Origin: the human T2T-CHM13v2.0 reference genome, Homo sapiens
NCBI RefSeq assembly: GCF_009914755.1
Contig: NC_060925.1
Direction: 5' to 3' (one strand)
DNA: 64,000 bases
Part shown: in pieces, positions 10,506 to 24,339 of the stretch
How the letters are laid out: each line of letters starts with the position of its first letter
Position numbering within the stretch: position 1 is the first letter of the stretch
Notes under the pieces: model-generated
What the model was told of the DNA's origin: nothing
Seen by the model: only the letters and a program-made list of their open reading frames with translations
The model's database searches: none
Made by a program: the position numbers and the translations under genes

Positions 10506-13500
10506 AAATTTTATTTCTTTTCAAACATTTTGTAATTCACAATTAGAAGCAATTTAAACATTTAAAGGATAATTTCCTTGTATTAAGAAATGTCAGGTTG
10601 GAGGGCCTGTTTATATAAATCCAATATTCTATATAATTTTTGCCTGATATTCTTATTACTCAGATTCAATTATTCTTTTATTAGAATTTTTTAAAAGGTG
10701 AGCCAGACAAGAGAAAGCTATATTGCATTCATTTCCTAAATTGCAATAAGAAATGTTGGCTCTGCTCTGTAGCACTGTTAAGAGAATTCTCACCATCCTC
10801 CACCTACAGTGACATAAACAGGTAACTTTATTTGTTTTGCATTGTGATTTGAATATGATATCATTGCTGTACTCAAAGTCTTTTATTATACAGTAGTTAT
10901 ATTTTGGATATCTTTCTTTTTTCTCTATTTCACTTTCTCTTCTTGCTCTTCTTTTTTATCTTACACTTCCCACTGTTGTAGCAAGAAGCAGTTCACAAGG
11001 GAGAAAAGTTATTCTGTTCATTAAGCAACCTCAAGAAACAGAGGAAAAACAAGTTTTCTTCATGTTTCAGACAGGAGAATTTCATTCTGCCTTGGGTGAA
11101 TAAAAAATAAATCCCATAACCTCATATTGTGTTTTAAATGTAAGGCTGTGGATAGTTTCCACACTAAAGGACTAATTTCCCTAATTTTGAAGGGCTATAG
11201 AATTGGGTAAAAACAACTATTTCTTACACCCATAATATTCTTTAAAAATATTTCCCTACTTGGGGGTTGTAGGATTCTCATGGGTTGAATGTGTTGTGCT
11301 CATATTTAGAGGGTGTTTAAAAAGCATTATGAAAAGACAACACAATATTCTTTCAGCTACTCTAGAGAGAGTTTTTCTGTACAAAGAAAATAGTTTCTTT
11401 TTCTTAAGGCCTAGAAACAGCACTAAACCTTGGATTATGCTCCAGCTGAGGCCTGAATAATGAAATGGAAATAAGCAGGTCATCACTGTAGTGACATCCC
11501 ACTAGAAATGTCACCACAGTTGGTTGAGATACACAACAAAGACTGCAGGTTTGCATGTGGAATTCACCCGCCTCCTGCAGGCACTGTGAACTTCCTGGGA
11601 CTTTTTGCATTTTTTTCCCTACATTTTTGTTTTCAGCATCCTTTTAGGAAACTAAGCCTGAAGGGAGCAAACTTCAGAGATTGATTGTGTGAAAGTCACT
11701 TAGAGCCAGGAGTAAAGCAAGAAAGCAAGTCCATTCTAAAATCCCAGCCACAAGGTGCTGAGTCTCATAAATCCATAGGTCAGGCTGGTGATCTCTTGCC
11801 TTTGGGCCTTCAGACGAATTTAGAAACATGAGAGCTATGAGGAATGCTGATCTAGTGTCTCTCCCAACTCCTCACTTTGATAAAGGAAAAATAACATACT
11901 AACTCCTATCTCCAGTGTTGGCAAAGAAGCTAAATAGGTAAAATTTGGCTTTGTGACTCTTGACATTTACTCAAAGATTCGCCCAAACCCCAATACCAAA
12001 TGGAGACTCTTCGCCATCCTTGTGCCCAAGTGTCCCTGACTTCCTATTCCACTCTTTCACCTGCCACCTACATTTTCCCCTTGACAAACGTACACACTGT
12101 CTTCTTGGAATTTTTCCAGTGTGAAGGCTAATGTAAAAACAAGTCAATATGAACAAATTCTGCCACACAAACCATGTTTCCCTTCCTTTTCTTCCCACAG
12201 GATTATTGCATTTAATAGAAAAATACTTTAACCATTATGTTTCTCATAATGTTTTGGTAGATGAAATGGGGAAATACAGTGATACCAATGATAGTGTAGT
12301 CATTTACATTCACAACACAGTACTGGAAAGCTTGTTGAATAAAAGATTTATACCAAATTGGTTCTTTCCTAATTACTGAAAGTCTGTACTCATTTAGTTT
12401 GGATTAATATTTTTATTAATGATTCGAATGAAGATAGAATTCTTTTTATAATATATTAAGGAGTGTTATGTGTTGGCATTGTTCTCAGCACTTGGCATCT
12501 ATTAACTTATTTAATTCACATTCGATCCTAACAGTTAGATATTACATTCTTTTTGTAGGTGCTTTTAACTACTAGAGCATCCTTTAGAAATTATCAAATG
12601 TAAAGAAGATGAACACCCAGGAGTAGGCACTAATGGTCTGTAGAAGACAGGGAGACTTGGCAGCAGCATTTCTTTCTTTCTGGACAATTAGAGATAATGC
12701 AGCTCAACTGATCATTTGCTCTCCCCTTAGTTCACATGTGCCTCTAGAGACTATATGCTTGACTGAGGTGTCAAATGCTGACTCCACAAAATATTACCAA
12801 ATAATTTGTGTAATACAAACCGGAGTTTACTCTTACCTCAGGAAAATGGAGCACTCTCTTGACAGAAGAGCATTAGGGGTGCCTCAGAGAGGGCACAGTA
12901 AAAATTGAGACTTTTACTGAGATGTTGAAGTCTGGTTTTGATTCTCGAGCTCAACTTCTCATGATATATTAAATGAGAGAATGAACATATGAAAACAAAC
13001 AAACAAAACCAAAACATGCTTAAGTTTAAATGAAAGATATAAGGTAAAATTTAACCAGTCAAATGAAAAGTTAAGTAAGATATACTACTATAGAATGAAG
13101 GTGGTCTGATTCAATACTAATTAATTTGTTGGGATTGGGGAGGGGAGAACTCAACTAAAATCCTTGTGTTTCATTTGACTGTAACTCAGAAAGTCAATAA
13201 TGTGTGGTGGCTTTATGGAGACTAATTTATCTTGGGTTGGGCTGATGATGTATTATAGAGTATGTAAAGTAATAGCCCAGGACCCAACACCAAGTCTGAC
13301 CCATGTTAATTCATTCATCCTTATTTGTCTAATAATTAATTAAGTCCGTGAATTTTTTTGAACAAATTGTGGGTCCTAGGAACTTATAGTTCTCTGGAAC
13401 TGCATGTGAGGAAAGGGAGAAGCTAAGTTAGTTCAGGCCCCTTCAACCTTGAAACAAGTAATCTCAATCTACTGTGGGCTAAAAGGTGTGTGCAGTTAAA

Positions 13501-13734
13501 CCTAACTTGGACATAATTGTCTTGGAGACTATATGTTCTACTTCAGGCCAAAAGGATGTCTTTTTGGCAGAGAAAATAACTTAAAATGGCTACTTGGTAC
13601 AGGATAGAAAGGTAAGGTGCTGATACTAGGAAGTGTAAATGGAAGAAAAAACAATATATGACACATTTTTGTGTTTGATAGTCATTCACTGATAATCATT
13701 TAACAAAAAATATGAGATTTGGGTCCTTTCTTCC

Positions 13735-15130
13735 AATGAACTCTGAGCCCTTTAAGGACAAGGGCTCTGTCCCATATATTGTAGCATAATCATATATTGT
13801 ACAGGCATAGCATATTGCAGGTGTTCAATAAATAGTCTTTGATAGACTGAAACTGTGATAGACACTAAGGTTATAGTGGTAAACCCAGCATGATCCTTCT
13901 GGGTATAAGCATTTTATTGGGACAGAGGGATTTGTAAACAGCAATGCCATATAATGTGAAAAAGAAGAATGAATGCAAACGGCATGGAAGAGGAAGCCCT
14001 TACGTATTAATCTCTAATGGGGAGGGCTTGACATAGCAATAGCATTTACCAGACCCAGAAGCAGAGGAAGATTATGGAAAAGTCATAGCATTGAAACAGC
14101 ATAATATGCTCAAGGCCAGCAGGTAGTTTAGCTGGAGCATAGGCTGTATGTAGCAGCAGCAGCAGAGAAAACTGGGGTTTTGATGGAAAGCAGCATTGTC
14201 AGTGACCATGGTTGTCATGGTAAAGAGTTTGGACTTGATCCCATATACACTGGGGAGACCTTAAATGATTTTCAGCAGAGAAGTTAAAAGATAATTTTTT
14301 AAAAAGGGTAAAATCATGACTCTTACACAGATATAAAAATGAACACATGTTAAGGGTTTATTTAACCCATGAGGGACCTAGACAGATGTTAAAACTGATT
14401 CATAGAAGAAGTCAGGAAGTACAAATTTATATGGAGTCAAGCAATGTTGATATGAATATGCAATGGAGACAAAACTGGCTTCTCAACAGCTGGGGAAGGG
14501 AAATTATTTGACCCTCTACTAGGCAGGCCAGAAATCACATTTTATCTGTTACCTACAACTTAGAGCATTTAAAAGTAACTCAAAGATAGTGAAAGACAAG
14601 AATCAGATAATCTCGAGGGGGATGTTTTCCAGTAAATTCATTGTTTTTCACTGAAAGACAAATTCTTTATTCTACAAGTGATTTCTCTGACTTGTGTTTG
14701 TAAAGATCATTCAAACTGTAGGGTGAAGAAAAAAATAGAGAGGTGAAAGAGAGAACCTCTGAACAAAGGTAGTAAGGATGGAAAGGAAGAGATAGAATTG
14801 AGAGAAATGATAGATGAAAATTATGTGACTTTGAAAGCAATTGAATGTGGATGGTGAGCAAGAGAAAATTGTCCACATTGCACTGCTACATAAATTGTGA
14901 TGCTAAAATCCAATTTAAGGGAAAAAATGGTATGAAGAGAACAATTAAGTTTAGTTTTGGGGTTTATTGTGTGTTATGTGCCTTTGGGACATCCAAGAGG
15001 AGATAGTCAGTTGGCAGTTGGCAGAAAATAGATAGGCACCAGAGACATGAATTTGGAAATCCAGTGAGTTAGTGACTCAAAATCTTAGATATAAATAATG
15101 ACTTTCAGAAGTAGTAAAAAAATATAATGA
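13735..15130. mobile_element. Cluster of degraded L2 fragments
   Basis: A + strand L2 3' end (GCAGGTGTTCAATAAATAGT, about 13820-13840), then antisense L2 pieces (GTAAAGAGTTTGGACTTGATCC; GTTTAGTTTTGG...GGGACATCCAAGAGGAGATAGTCAGTTGGCAG). Confidence 0.6.
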
Positions 15131-15802
15131 AGTCTGAGACAATATTTAATCCTTCCTCTTCTTTTTATTTTTTCTTTAATTTTATAAATTGGCATATAAA
15201 ATTGTATATATTTACTATGCACAAGACAGTTTTCTAAAATGGTCAGACTAAGCCAACCAAGATATGCATGACTTCACAAAGTTGTCATTTTTGTAGTGAG
15301 CACATTTAAAACCTACTGTCAGCATTTTTCAAGAATATAATATATTTTTATTGACTATAGTCACCATGTTGTACAATAGATCTCTTGAACTTATTCCTCC
15401 TGGCTAACTGAGCTTTTGTTACCTTTGATCAATCTTTCCCCAACCTCCTCCCCCACCAGTGCCCCAGCCCATGGTAACCACCATTTTACTCCTTACTTTG
15501 ATGAGATAAACTTTTTCGGCTTTCACACATGAGTGAAATCATGTGGTATTTCTTTCTATGCCTAGGTTATTTCACTTACTATAATGTCTTCTAGGTTATC
15601 TGTGTTATTGCAAATGACAATTCCTTCTTTTTTATGACTGAATAGTATTTGATTGTGTATTTATACCACATTTTCTTTATTCATTCATCTGTTAATAGAC
15701 ACTTAGATTGACTCTATATCTTGACTATTGTGAATAGTGCTGCAATTAACATGGGAGTGTATATATCTCTTTTACATACTGATTTCGTTTCCTTTGGCTA
15801 TA

Positions 15803-16231
15803 CAGTTGGTCCTTGAACAACAAGCACAGTGGTTAGGTGTTCCAACTCCCCATGGAGTCAAAAAATTGTGTCTAAATTTTGACTTCCCCAAAATTCAACT
15901 ACTGTTGAATGGAAGCCTTTCAGATAACATAAATGGTTAATTAATATATACTTTGTATGCTGTATGTCTTGTATACTTATTTTTATAATGAAGTAAGCTA
16001 GAGAAAAGAAAATGATTAAGAGAATTATAAGGAAGATAAAATATATTTATTGTCATTAAGTGGAAGTAGATCATTATGAAGTTCTCCATCGTCATCATCT
16101 TCACATTGAGTAGGTGAGGAGGAGGAGAAAGAGGGGTTGGTTTTGCCATCTCAGGAGTGGCAGAGGTGGAAGAAAATCCATGGATAAGTGGACCTATGTG
16201 GTTCAAACCCATGTTGCTCCTGGGTCAACCG
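15803..16231 (-). mobile_element. Tigger2a-like (TcMar-Tigger) non-autonomous DNA transposon
   Basis: Terminal inverted repeats CAGTTGGTCCTTGAACAAC / ATGTTGCTCCTGGGTCAACCG, preceded by TA. Internal GAGGAGGAGG..GGGGTTGG..TCAGGAGTGGCAGAGGTGGAAGAAAATCC matches the Tigger2a reverse complement; about 430 bp. Confidence 0.9.
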
Positions 16232-17191
16232 CATAACCAGTAGCAGTATTACCAGATTATAAGGTATTTCTATGTTTAAACTTTTGAGGAACCTCCATAC
16301 TATTTTTCATAATGTTATATTAATTTACATTTTAACCAACAGTGTGCAAGCATTCCCTTTCCTACACATCCTTGGCAACACTTATCTTTTGTCTTTTTTA
16401 TTTTAGCCATTCTAACAGGTATGAGATGATAACTCATTGTGGTTTTAATTTGCATTTCCCTGAGGATTAGCGACGTTGAACCTTTTTTCATATACGTGGT
16501 TAACATTTGTATGTGTTCTTTTGAGAAATGTCTATTCAAGTCCTTTGCCCATTTTAAAATCAGGTTATTTGTTTCCTTGTTATTTAGCTGTTTGAGTTCT
16601 TTACAAATTTTAGATATTAAACCCTTATTAGATATGTAGTTTGAAACTATTTTCTCCCATTCTGCATGTTGTCTCTTCATTCTGTTGTTTCATTTGCCGT
16701 ACAGAAGCATTTAGCTTGATGCATACCATTTGTCTATTTTTGCTTTTTTTTCCTGTGCTTTTGGGGTCATAGCTGAAAAATCATTGCCCAGACCAATGTC
16801 ATAGAGCCGTCCCCTATGTTTTCTTCTAGTAATTTTATACCTTCAAGTCTAACATTTAAGTCTTTAATGTACTTTGAGTTGATTTTTATACACAGTGTGA
16901 GATAAAGGTCTAATTTCTTTCTTCTGCATGTAGATACTCAGTTTTCCCAACACTATTTGTTGAAGAGCTTGTCTCTTCTCTATTGTGTGTTTTTGACAAC
17001 TTTGTTGAAAATCAGGTAGCTGTAAGTACATGGATTGGTTTATGGGCTCTCTACTCTGTTCCATTGGCCTATGTGTCTGTTTTTATGCTAATACCATGCT
17101 GTTTTTGTTACTGTAACATTGTGGTGTATATTTTGAAGTCAGGTAGTGCCATACCTCCAGTTTTGTTCTTTTTGCTCAAGATTTCTTTGGC

Positions 17192-17496
17192 GGCCAGGGG
17201 CGGTGGCTCACGCCTGTAATCCCAGCACTTTGGGAGGCCGAGGCAGGTGGATCACGAAGTCAGGAGATGGAGACCATCCTGGCCAACACAGTGAAACCCC
17301 GCCTCTACTAAAAATACAAAAAATTAGCTGGGCATGGTGACGGGTGCCTGTAGTCCCAGCTACTGGGGAGGCTGAGGCAGGAGAATGGCGTGAACCCAGG
17401 AGGCGGAGCTTGTAGTGAGCCGAGTTCGCGCCGCTGCACTCCAGCCTGGGCGACAGAGCGAGACTCCGTCTCAACAACAACAACAACAACAACAAC
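17192..17496 (+). mobile_element. AluY-like element with (CAA)n tail
   Basis: GAGAATGGCGTGAACCCAGGAGGCGGAGCTTG is Y-type. Degenerate TSD AAGATTTCTTTGGC / AAAATTGCTTTGGC. Confidence 0.96.
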
Positions 17497-17802
17497 AAAA
17501 TTGCTTTGGCTACTTGCGGTCTTTGTGGCTCTATATGAATTTTAGGATTTTTTTTCTATTTCTGCGAATAATGTCTTTGGTATTTTGATAGTGATTGGGT
17601 TGAATCTGTAGATTACTCTGAGTGGTATGGAAGTGTTAACAATACTAATTCTTCCAATCCATGAACACAGGATACATTTTAATTTATTTGTAAGAAACAT
17701 TATTTCTATTGAATGTCAACATTTAAATAATAGCTGTAGGAAGAGTTGGGATGGAATTTAGTGAACTAAGTAGAGAATGTAAAAATGATATGTCATGGAA
17801 GC

Positions 17803-18123
17803 TGTATTAGTTATCTATTGGTGCATAAAATCATCTCAAACTTTAGTAGTTTAAAACAAACCTTACTTAACAGTGTTTCTGAGAGTCAGGAATCCAGGTG
17901 CTGCTTTACTGGGTGGTTCTGGTCCAGAGTCTCTCATAAGGTAGCAGTCAAGGTGTTGGCCAGGGCTGAAATCATCTGCAGGAGCAAACGTTAGTTCCTC
18001 ACTGGCTGTTGCCTGGATGTCTATGTTCCTTATCACAAGGTGCACCTTTCCATGGGCAATTGAAAGATCCTCACAATCTAGCAGTTGGATTCTTCAAGAG
18101 TGAGTGATAAAGAAAGAAAGAAA

Positions 18124-18183
<60 letters not shown>

Positions 18184-18322
18184 GAGAGCTCAAGAGAGCA
18201 CGAGCCCAAAGCTGAACCAGGAGTCTTTTATGATTGATCCTTACTTTGGCCATATGCTATTTATCACATAAACAACCCTGATCCAATGTGGCATGAAAAT
18301 CATCTTGAAGGCAGCTATTACA
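17803..18322 (-). mobile_element. MaLR LTR, MLT1 (F/G/H-like)
   Basis: TGTATTAGTTATCTATTG...AAACTTTAGTAGTTTAAAACAA...GAGTCAGGAATCCAGGTG...GGTTCTGG..AGTCTCTCATAAGGTAGCAGTCAAG. Confidence 0.82.
18109..18188. repeat. (AAAG)n tetranucleotide STR
   Basis: Perfect (AAAG)15 at 18123-18182 with flanking imperfect units. Confidence 0.97.
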
Positions 18323-18464
18323 GAAGCTAAAGAAAAAGAGTTATAAGAAGGAAGCACTCAATAATTATTTTTTAAAGTATTCCCACCGTGTTTCATAGTT
18401 CAAGAATGACATTAATAAATTAGAGTTCAACCAAATGGTGAAGAGTGTGGAAATTTGATTTTAC

Positions 18465-18570
18465 AAGGAACAAATTAGGGGTATATGGATGTTTAATGTG
18501 GAAAAGAGAAGAATTAGAAAGGACATGCTAGCTGTATTCAATTATTTATAGGGATTTCATGTAAGACAAT
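18465..18570 (+). mobile_element. L3/CR1 LINE fragment
   Basis: GGATGTTTAATGTGGAAAAGAGAAGAATTAGAAAGGACATGCTAGCTGTATTCAATTATTTATAGGG resembles the CR1/L3 3' ORF region. Confidence 0.65.
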
Positions 18571-19664
18571 TTTGCCTGTATTTGAAGTTCAGTTTTTAAG
18601 GTTCTTCAAATTTCAAGGAACAGAGATATACTCAAGTAATGGAAATGACTCATGAGAAAATACAGGGGACTAGGAAGAAGTCTTAATAACTGCAGAGTTT
18701 AAACTTCATAGATAGTAGAATTGCATTCTGATTACAATCACCAGTGGAAGTTTGCTCTGGATATACAATCATGTCATAACCTAATCTGGCTACCCCTAGA
18801 ATCAATTGATGGATTGATTGATCCTATTATTATGATTTAGCAAATCTTAATCTCTTCTTCTACTATTGCTATCCACCCTCTGAATCTTTCCTCTCCTATC
18901 ATTGTTTAGTTATTGCATCCACTACCTACCTCATAAATTTTGCTTATTCTTAGTTTATAATATGTTATATTCTACCTACTGCTTTCTATCATGTATCTAT
19001 AGGCTTGTACCCACCATATTATCTGTATGTTTCTAGCACACATTTAAATTTTGGGAAGGAAAAGTTTTTTTAATTGCTTCAGTTAATATTCAGCAAACAT
19101 AATAACTCCATCCAATTATCTTCGTTGGATGGAGTTCTCCTATCTAATTATCTAGTTTTCTGGCCACCCCATTTTGTGGGTGCTATTTGCCTGAGGCAAC
19201 AATCTTTGGTTTAGTTGCTTGTGGTGAGTTTAAAAATCACAAGGTACAAGGTGCCATTCTGACCTAAAAGTCTGTTTTTAAAATTTTCTCAGCAGGGCAA
19301 ATAGACATAGAAAATGTCAGTCTGGTATAATCAAGCAGTTCAAATAGAATCAGTGGATAAAATGTTATACCAAAGCCGATGTTTACATAATGAATTTTCT
19401 AATCATTTAAACTGCTACAAAGTAAAATCAACTTAAAGATGAGACAATTAATTCCCTAATTTTGTAAGTATTCAGTATAAAAAAAAGACGAACAGAGATT
19501 ATAGAGAAGCTTATTGAACTGGAGGGCAGGTAGAATTGTATAATTCACAATTGATCAATGTTAATGATTTAGAGTTTTTACAACCCTTTTCTTCTAAGTT
19601 ACTGAAAGTTTCAATCCACTCAAAGGAATAAATCAACTGAAATTCCCTTTAGGCAAAATATTGA

Positions 19665-19885
19665 ATGTTGATTAGTACAAAGGCTCTGGAATCGGGCAAA
19701 CTGTGGTAGAAGTTTTGATTCCTTCACTTGATAGTGGCTTTGGGTAAATTAATTCACTTCTCTAAGATTCAGTTTTTTTTCATCTACAATATGGGAATAA
19801 ATACTGTCCCCACTTCACAGGGTTGTTGTAAGAATTTAATGAAATGTTTTGGAAAGCACCTACCACACTGTCTGTTTTATAGGAA
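19665..19885 (+). mobile_element. MIR SINE
   Basis: GGCTTTGGGTAAATTAATTCACTTCTCTAAGATTCAGTTTTTTTCATCTACAATATGGGAATAA...CACAGGGTTGTTGTAAGAATTTAATGA. Confidence 0.85.
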
Positions 19886-19899
19886 GGACTAAAAAAAGA

Positions 19900-20430
19900 T
19901 GTCAAGATCCAGACAGAAAATCAGAAACTACTCAAGTATGTCAAGCAGAGGGAATTTTATTTAGGGAATTGGTTAATGAAGGTGGCTAGAAGGGCTGAAA
20001 AAACAAAAAGGGGAAGGAGGGGTCTAAAGTTTTTAATAAGAAGAAATAAAGAGACCAGAAGTTGGCAACTCCCCAGAGCTGGAGCCCAGGTGTTTATACC
20101 TATTGCTTTGCTGCTGGAGGGGCTGTTACTGTCAGTTCTGCTTCCTCAGTAGACAAGCAGCCTCCATGAGGTCTGAAAACCCTAACAAGGTTTTACCTTT
20201 TCATCCTACCCTCAGTGCCACTAGAGCACCTCCAGCAACTGTCAGCAAGTGCAACAACTATCTGAATCAGAAGCAGGGTTCTTATCTCCAGTCCAGCCTC
20301 CTCATCTCCCGCCAGTGCTGTCCTATTGGCAGAACCTAACAGAGAGTCAGCTGGCAAAAGAATGTGGGAAATGTAATTTGGCAAATCCTTGCCCATACAA
20401 AGCTGAGCAAAGCACACAAGTATAAGAATG
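19900..20430 (-). mobile_element. LTR33-like ERVL LTR
   Basis: CAGAAACTACTCAAGTATGTCAAGCAGAGGGAATTTTATTTAGGGAATTGGTT and CCTATTGGCAGAACCTAACAGAGAGTCAGCTGGCAA..GGGAAATGTAATTT motifs. Confidence 0.65.
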
Positions 20431-20519
20431 CAGCTGAGAGAAAAACAGGGAAATAACTTGGCACAGCATTTGTTGTCATTATTACGGCTATTAATACTGA
20501 AATTACTCTAGACAATGTC

Positions 20520-21610
20520 ACCCATTACATCGCAAATCCAAAAGTTATTTCTCAGTCCCCATCTTATGCATCCAATCAGCAACACATTGCAAAGCTGAGC
20601 ACATAAAAGTTCCTTTGCACCCACACTGGCTGTTCTTGGTTTACTTTCCTTATTCCTCCTCATCTTCCTGGCTTCTTAATGACAGAGAACCTCAGAGGTC
20701 AGTTCTTGGATCTCATCTCTTCTCCATCCACATTCTCTCCCTAGATGACCATCTTTGGTCCTGAGTACCTTAAATGACACATGTATACTGATGACTCCCA
20801 AATATACAGATTAGCCCAAACCTCTGTCTTCAATCCCAGACTCATATATTTAAATGACTTCCCTTCACTTGCACTTCTGAGTTACTTCAAAATTATTCAG
20901 TCAAAACTGAATTATTGATTCCCCACCAAGTTTGCTTCTCTCCCAGTCTTTCCTGTTTCAGTAAAAGCCTGCTCCATTTTCCACATCCAATGCATTGGCA
21001 AATACTCTGTTTTAATACACAACTCAAATCCAATCACTTCTTACTACCTCCCCTGCCACCACCCCAATGCAAGCCACCATTGTTACTCACTGAATGATTG
21101 CAACAGCATTGCAATAACCTCTTAGCTGATCTCATGGCTTCTACTCTTGCTGCCATGTGGTCTGTTCTCTTCACAGCAGCAAGCATTACTCCTTCTAAAA
21201 TAGAAGTCAGATACTGTCATTATTCATCTCTAAGATCCTCAATGGCTCCCATCTTATTCAGAGTAAAAATCCCATGTTCTTTCTATGGTTTATAGAACCC
21301 TGTTGGATCTGGTCCTCTACTCTATCTCCAACTGGCCACTCTCCTTCTGCTCCACTGACCTCCTAGTCCTTATACATACAAAGCTCTCCCACCTCAGGGT
21401 CTTCGTTCTTGTTCTGCCTAGGATTCCTCTGCCCCCAATAGTCACATGGTTTATTCCTCTCTTCCTCCAGTTTTCTCTTCAACGATCACCTCATTGTAGA
21501 GGTCTTCCCTGAACATCCCATCTAAATTAGCACCTGTTCCCCTCTCACCTGTGGTTCTCTGCTTCATTTCTCTGCTTTATTCTTCTTTCTAGGAGTTATC
21601 TCCAGCTGAC

Positions 21611-21657
<47 letters not shown>

Positions 21658-21770
21658 ATTTGATGTTATTTCTTACTGAAATGTAACCCCATGAGATCAG
21701 ATTTAGTTTTATTTATATCTGTGTTGTAGAACATTAGTTATTCAACAGCCATTTGTTATATGAATGAATT
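20520..21770 (+). mobile_element. L2 (L2a-like) fragment through the 3' end
   Basis: TATACTGATGACTCCCAAAT, GCAATAACCTCTTAGCTGATCTC, CAATGGCTCCCATCTTATTCAGAGTAAAA; ends ATTTGTTATATGAATGAAT. Confidence 0.85.
21614..21653. repeat. (AC)20 microsatellite
   Basis: Uninterrupted AC run. Confidence 0.97.
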
Positions 21771-22509
21771 GTGACTGAAATTTTAGCAACACACTGTGGA
21801 CACCTACTTGTCTGGAGATAGTTCCTATAGGTATGTCAAGTTCCGCATCCTGCTCTAGTGCCGTAGGTTGTCTGAACATCATCATGGGAAGCATGATAAT
21901 TACACAATGTGATCTTTTTATGGACAAAATATAATTTACCCTCAGAAATGTTGGCTATTTAAACAAGCATATCATTAGAATTAAAAGTTGGGAATGTAGA
22001 GTAGTATCTTGTTTTCAATCATGAAACTTAAAAAATTTAAATGTGTGTAGAAGAATAAAATACCTTTTATTCTATGTCTACGAAATGAAAAAAAGATTTA
22101 TTTATCATAGTACTAATAGAACTTCAGTTTGAATAAAGTGCCTTCTTGAAAATTAAAAAAAATGACAGCCAGCAAATAATGAATATTCATGAAACAATAG
22201 CTGGATATTATTAATAATATTCAGATTAAGTTCCACTTTCCTTAGAAGACCACTGTACTACTGTAGCCCAGTGTGAGGCATTAACTTCTCTAAATCTGTA
22301 TTTCTAAAGCTGTATTTTCATAAGTGACATTACATTAAATTTATTATTTTTTTAAAATCAGAAGTCTCACTTCCTGTATATACCAAATGGGATTTTTTGA
22401 GGTGTTCATTATTATTTTTTTAAGTCAAAGACCATGACTTATACTATTCTGGCTATTAAATTTCAGTAACTTCAGTACCTCACACGTAATTGATGCTTAG
22501 TAAAGAATA

Positions 22510-22650
22510 ATAATGATAATTAGTAACTACCATATTGAGACTGTCATTTATTAACACTTCATGAAATTCTATGAAGTAGATACTATTATTATTTCCATTA
22601 TATAGTTAAGGAAACTGGGTGAGAGAAGTTTGGCAAAAGGGTTGTAAAAG
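22510..22650 (-). mobile_element. MIR fragment
   Basis: CTATGAAGTAGATACTATTATTATTTCCATTATATAGTTAAGGAAACTGGG is the MIR core. Confidence 0.7.
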
Positions 22651-23057
22651 ACGAAGCTGGACATTGCACCTTCATCTATGTTGTTGATAGATTTCCAGGA
22701 TGTTTGAGGTACATTGAATGATGCCGATTTGTCAGGAAACAATGTTCCTGTGTCTCCTCTTCTAATGGACAACCATACACTATTTAGTTACTTCGAGGCC
22801 AAACTCTGTTCATTTATGACACTAAGAATAACTTGGATGTTCCCCAGCTGATGTTCTGACTTTGTTTAGGTAGTACTGTCATTGTTGCTTTTTTTCTAAA
22901 ACATGCACACAAACACACACACACACACACACGTTTTGGAATAGTTCTTGGTTATTTTGGAGAGTTTTTTTTTTTGTTTTTTTTTTTTTTTCAGAGCATG
23001 GCCTCCATTAGATGAACACATTATAGTAACTTATTCTGGAGTAAAATTTTTATGCTT

Positions 23058-23394
<337 letters not shown>

Positions 23395-24339
23395 TTAATA
23401 TCTTGCTGGATCGATTCCCAAAGAAAAAGAAAAACCTGTTCTAAAAATCAAGAGCTAACTGCAGTTATTTTACAAGTAATTGCTACTTTAGAATTCTCTT
23501 TAAGTATCTGGTCTTCTTTTGAAATGGATTGAAGTGGCTTATTGATTAAATAACAACTTGGGATACAAATTTTTACCAAAAAAAAAAAAAAATAGGAGAG
23601 AGTTCATCAAGAAAGTACTATGCTCAGAGGTTTTTAAGAACCATATGTGGACTTTGCTCTAAGGTTTTTTAGCAACTAAAGCAAAAGGGAAAATCTATTG
23701 AACCATTTGATTTTCATTTTTCAACAACAGAAAGAAAGTACACTGAAAAAATAGTAAAAATGATCATTTTCCTCCTGGCTTAAATGTCTCTTCTGTAAAA
23801 TAAAGACATTAGATAAGGCAATATCTTACTTTCCTTCTTTTTCTATGATTGAATCATCTTCAAGTGTAATATTACAAAAGTGAAATGAAAAGACATTTCT
23901 CATTTTAACCATTTGTAAAGGCATCAGAGAAGAGTGAAGGTCTTTCTCTGAAAGAATAACATAAGCCAGTTCCAATGCTTTGAATTCTGATGGTCTCTGT
24001 ATTAATACAGGGTTAAACAATCACAACTAAATGTTTGTTTTAATAAATTTAACCAAGGCTTTTCTTATAATCAACGATTACTTAAAATATAACTAGTAGC
24101 TTGACCATATTTTTTAAACAAAGATTGGTTACATGTACTATATATACAAATGTAGCTTAATTCAATTATTATGGAAGGCAAACTTTCAACTTTCCTGTAT
24201 ATTTAGTTTTTTCTGTATTCTTACTAATGTGGACTCTTGTTTTTTACAGTAATAAAAGAAAATGTGACAGTGTGGGATAAATCATTTCCTTCTTGTGCTC
24301 TCTTGATCCCTTTCTCTCAAGAATTTCTGCCTTCAGCAA

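Larger units (their letters stand above)
15162..17690 (-). mobile_element. L1MA-like element (3' UTR and ORF2 3' end), interrupted by Tigger2a and an Alu
   Basis: Antisense L1 3' UTR (TAGTCACCATGTTGTACAATAGATCTCTTGAACTTATTCCTCC). ORF 16315-16680 (-) resembles the ORF2 C-terminus ([13 protein letters not shown]...REMQIKTTM). Confidence 0.93.
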
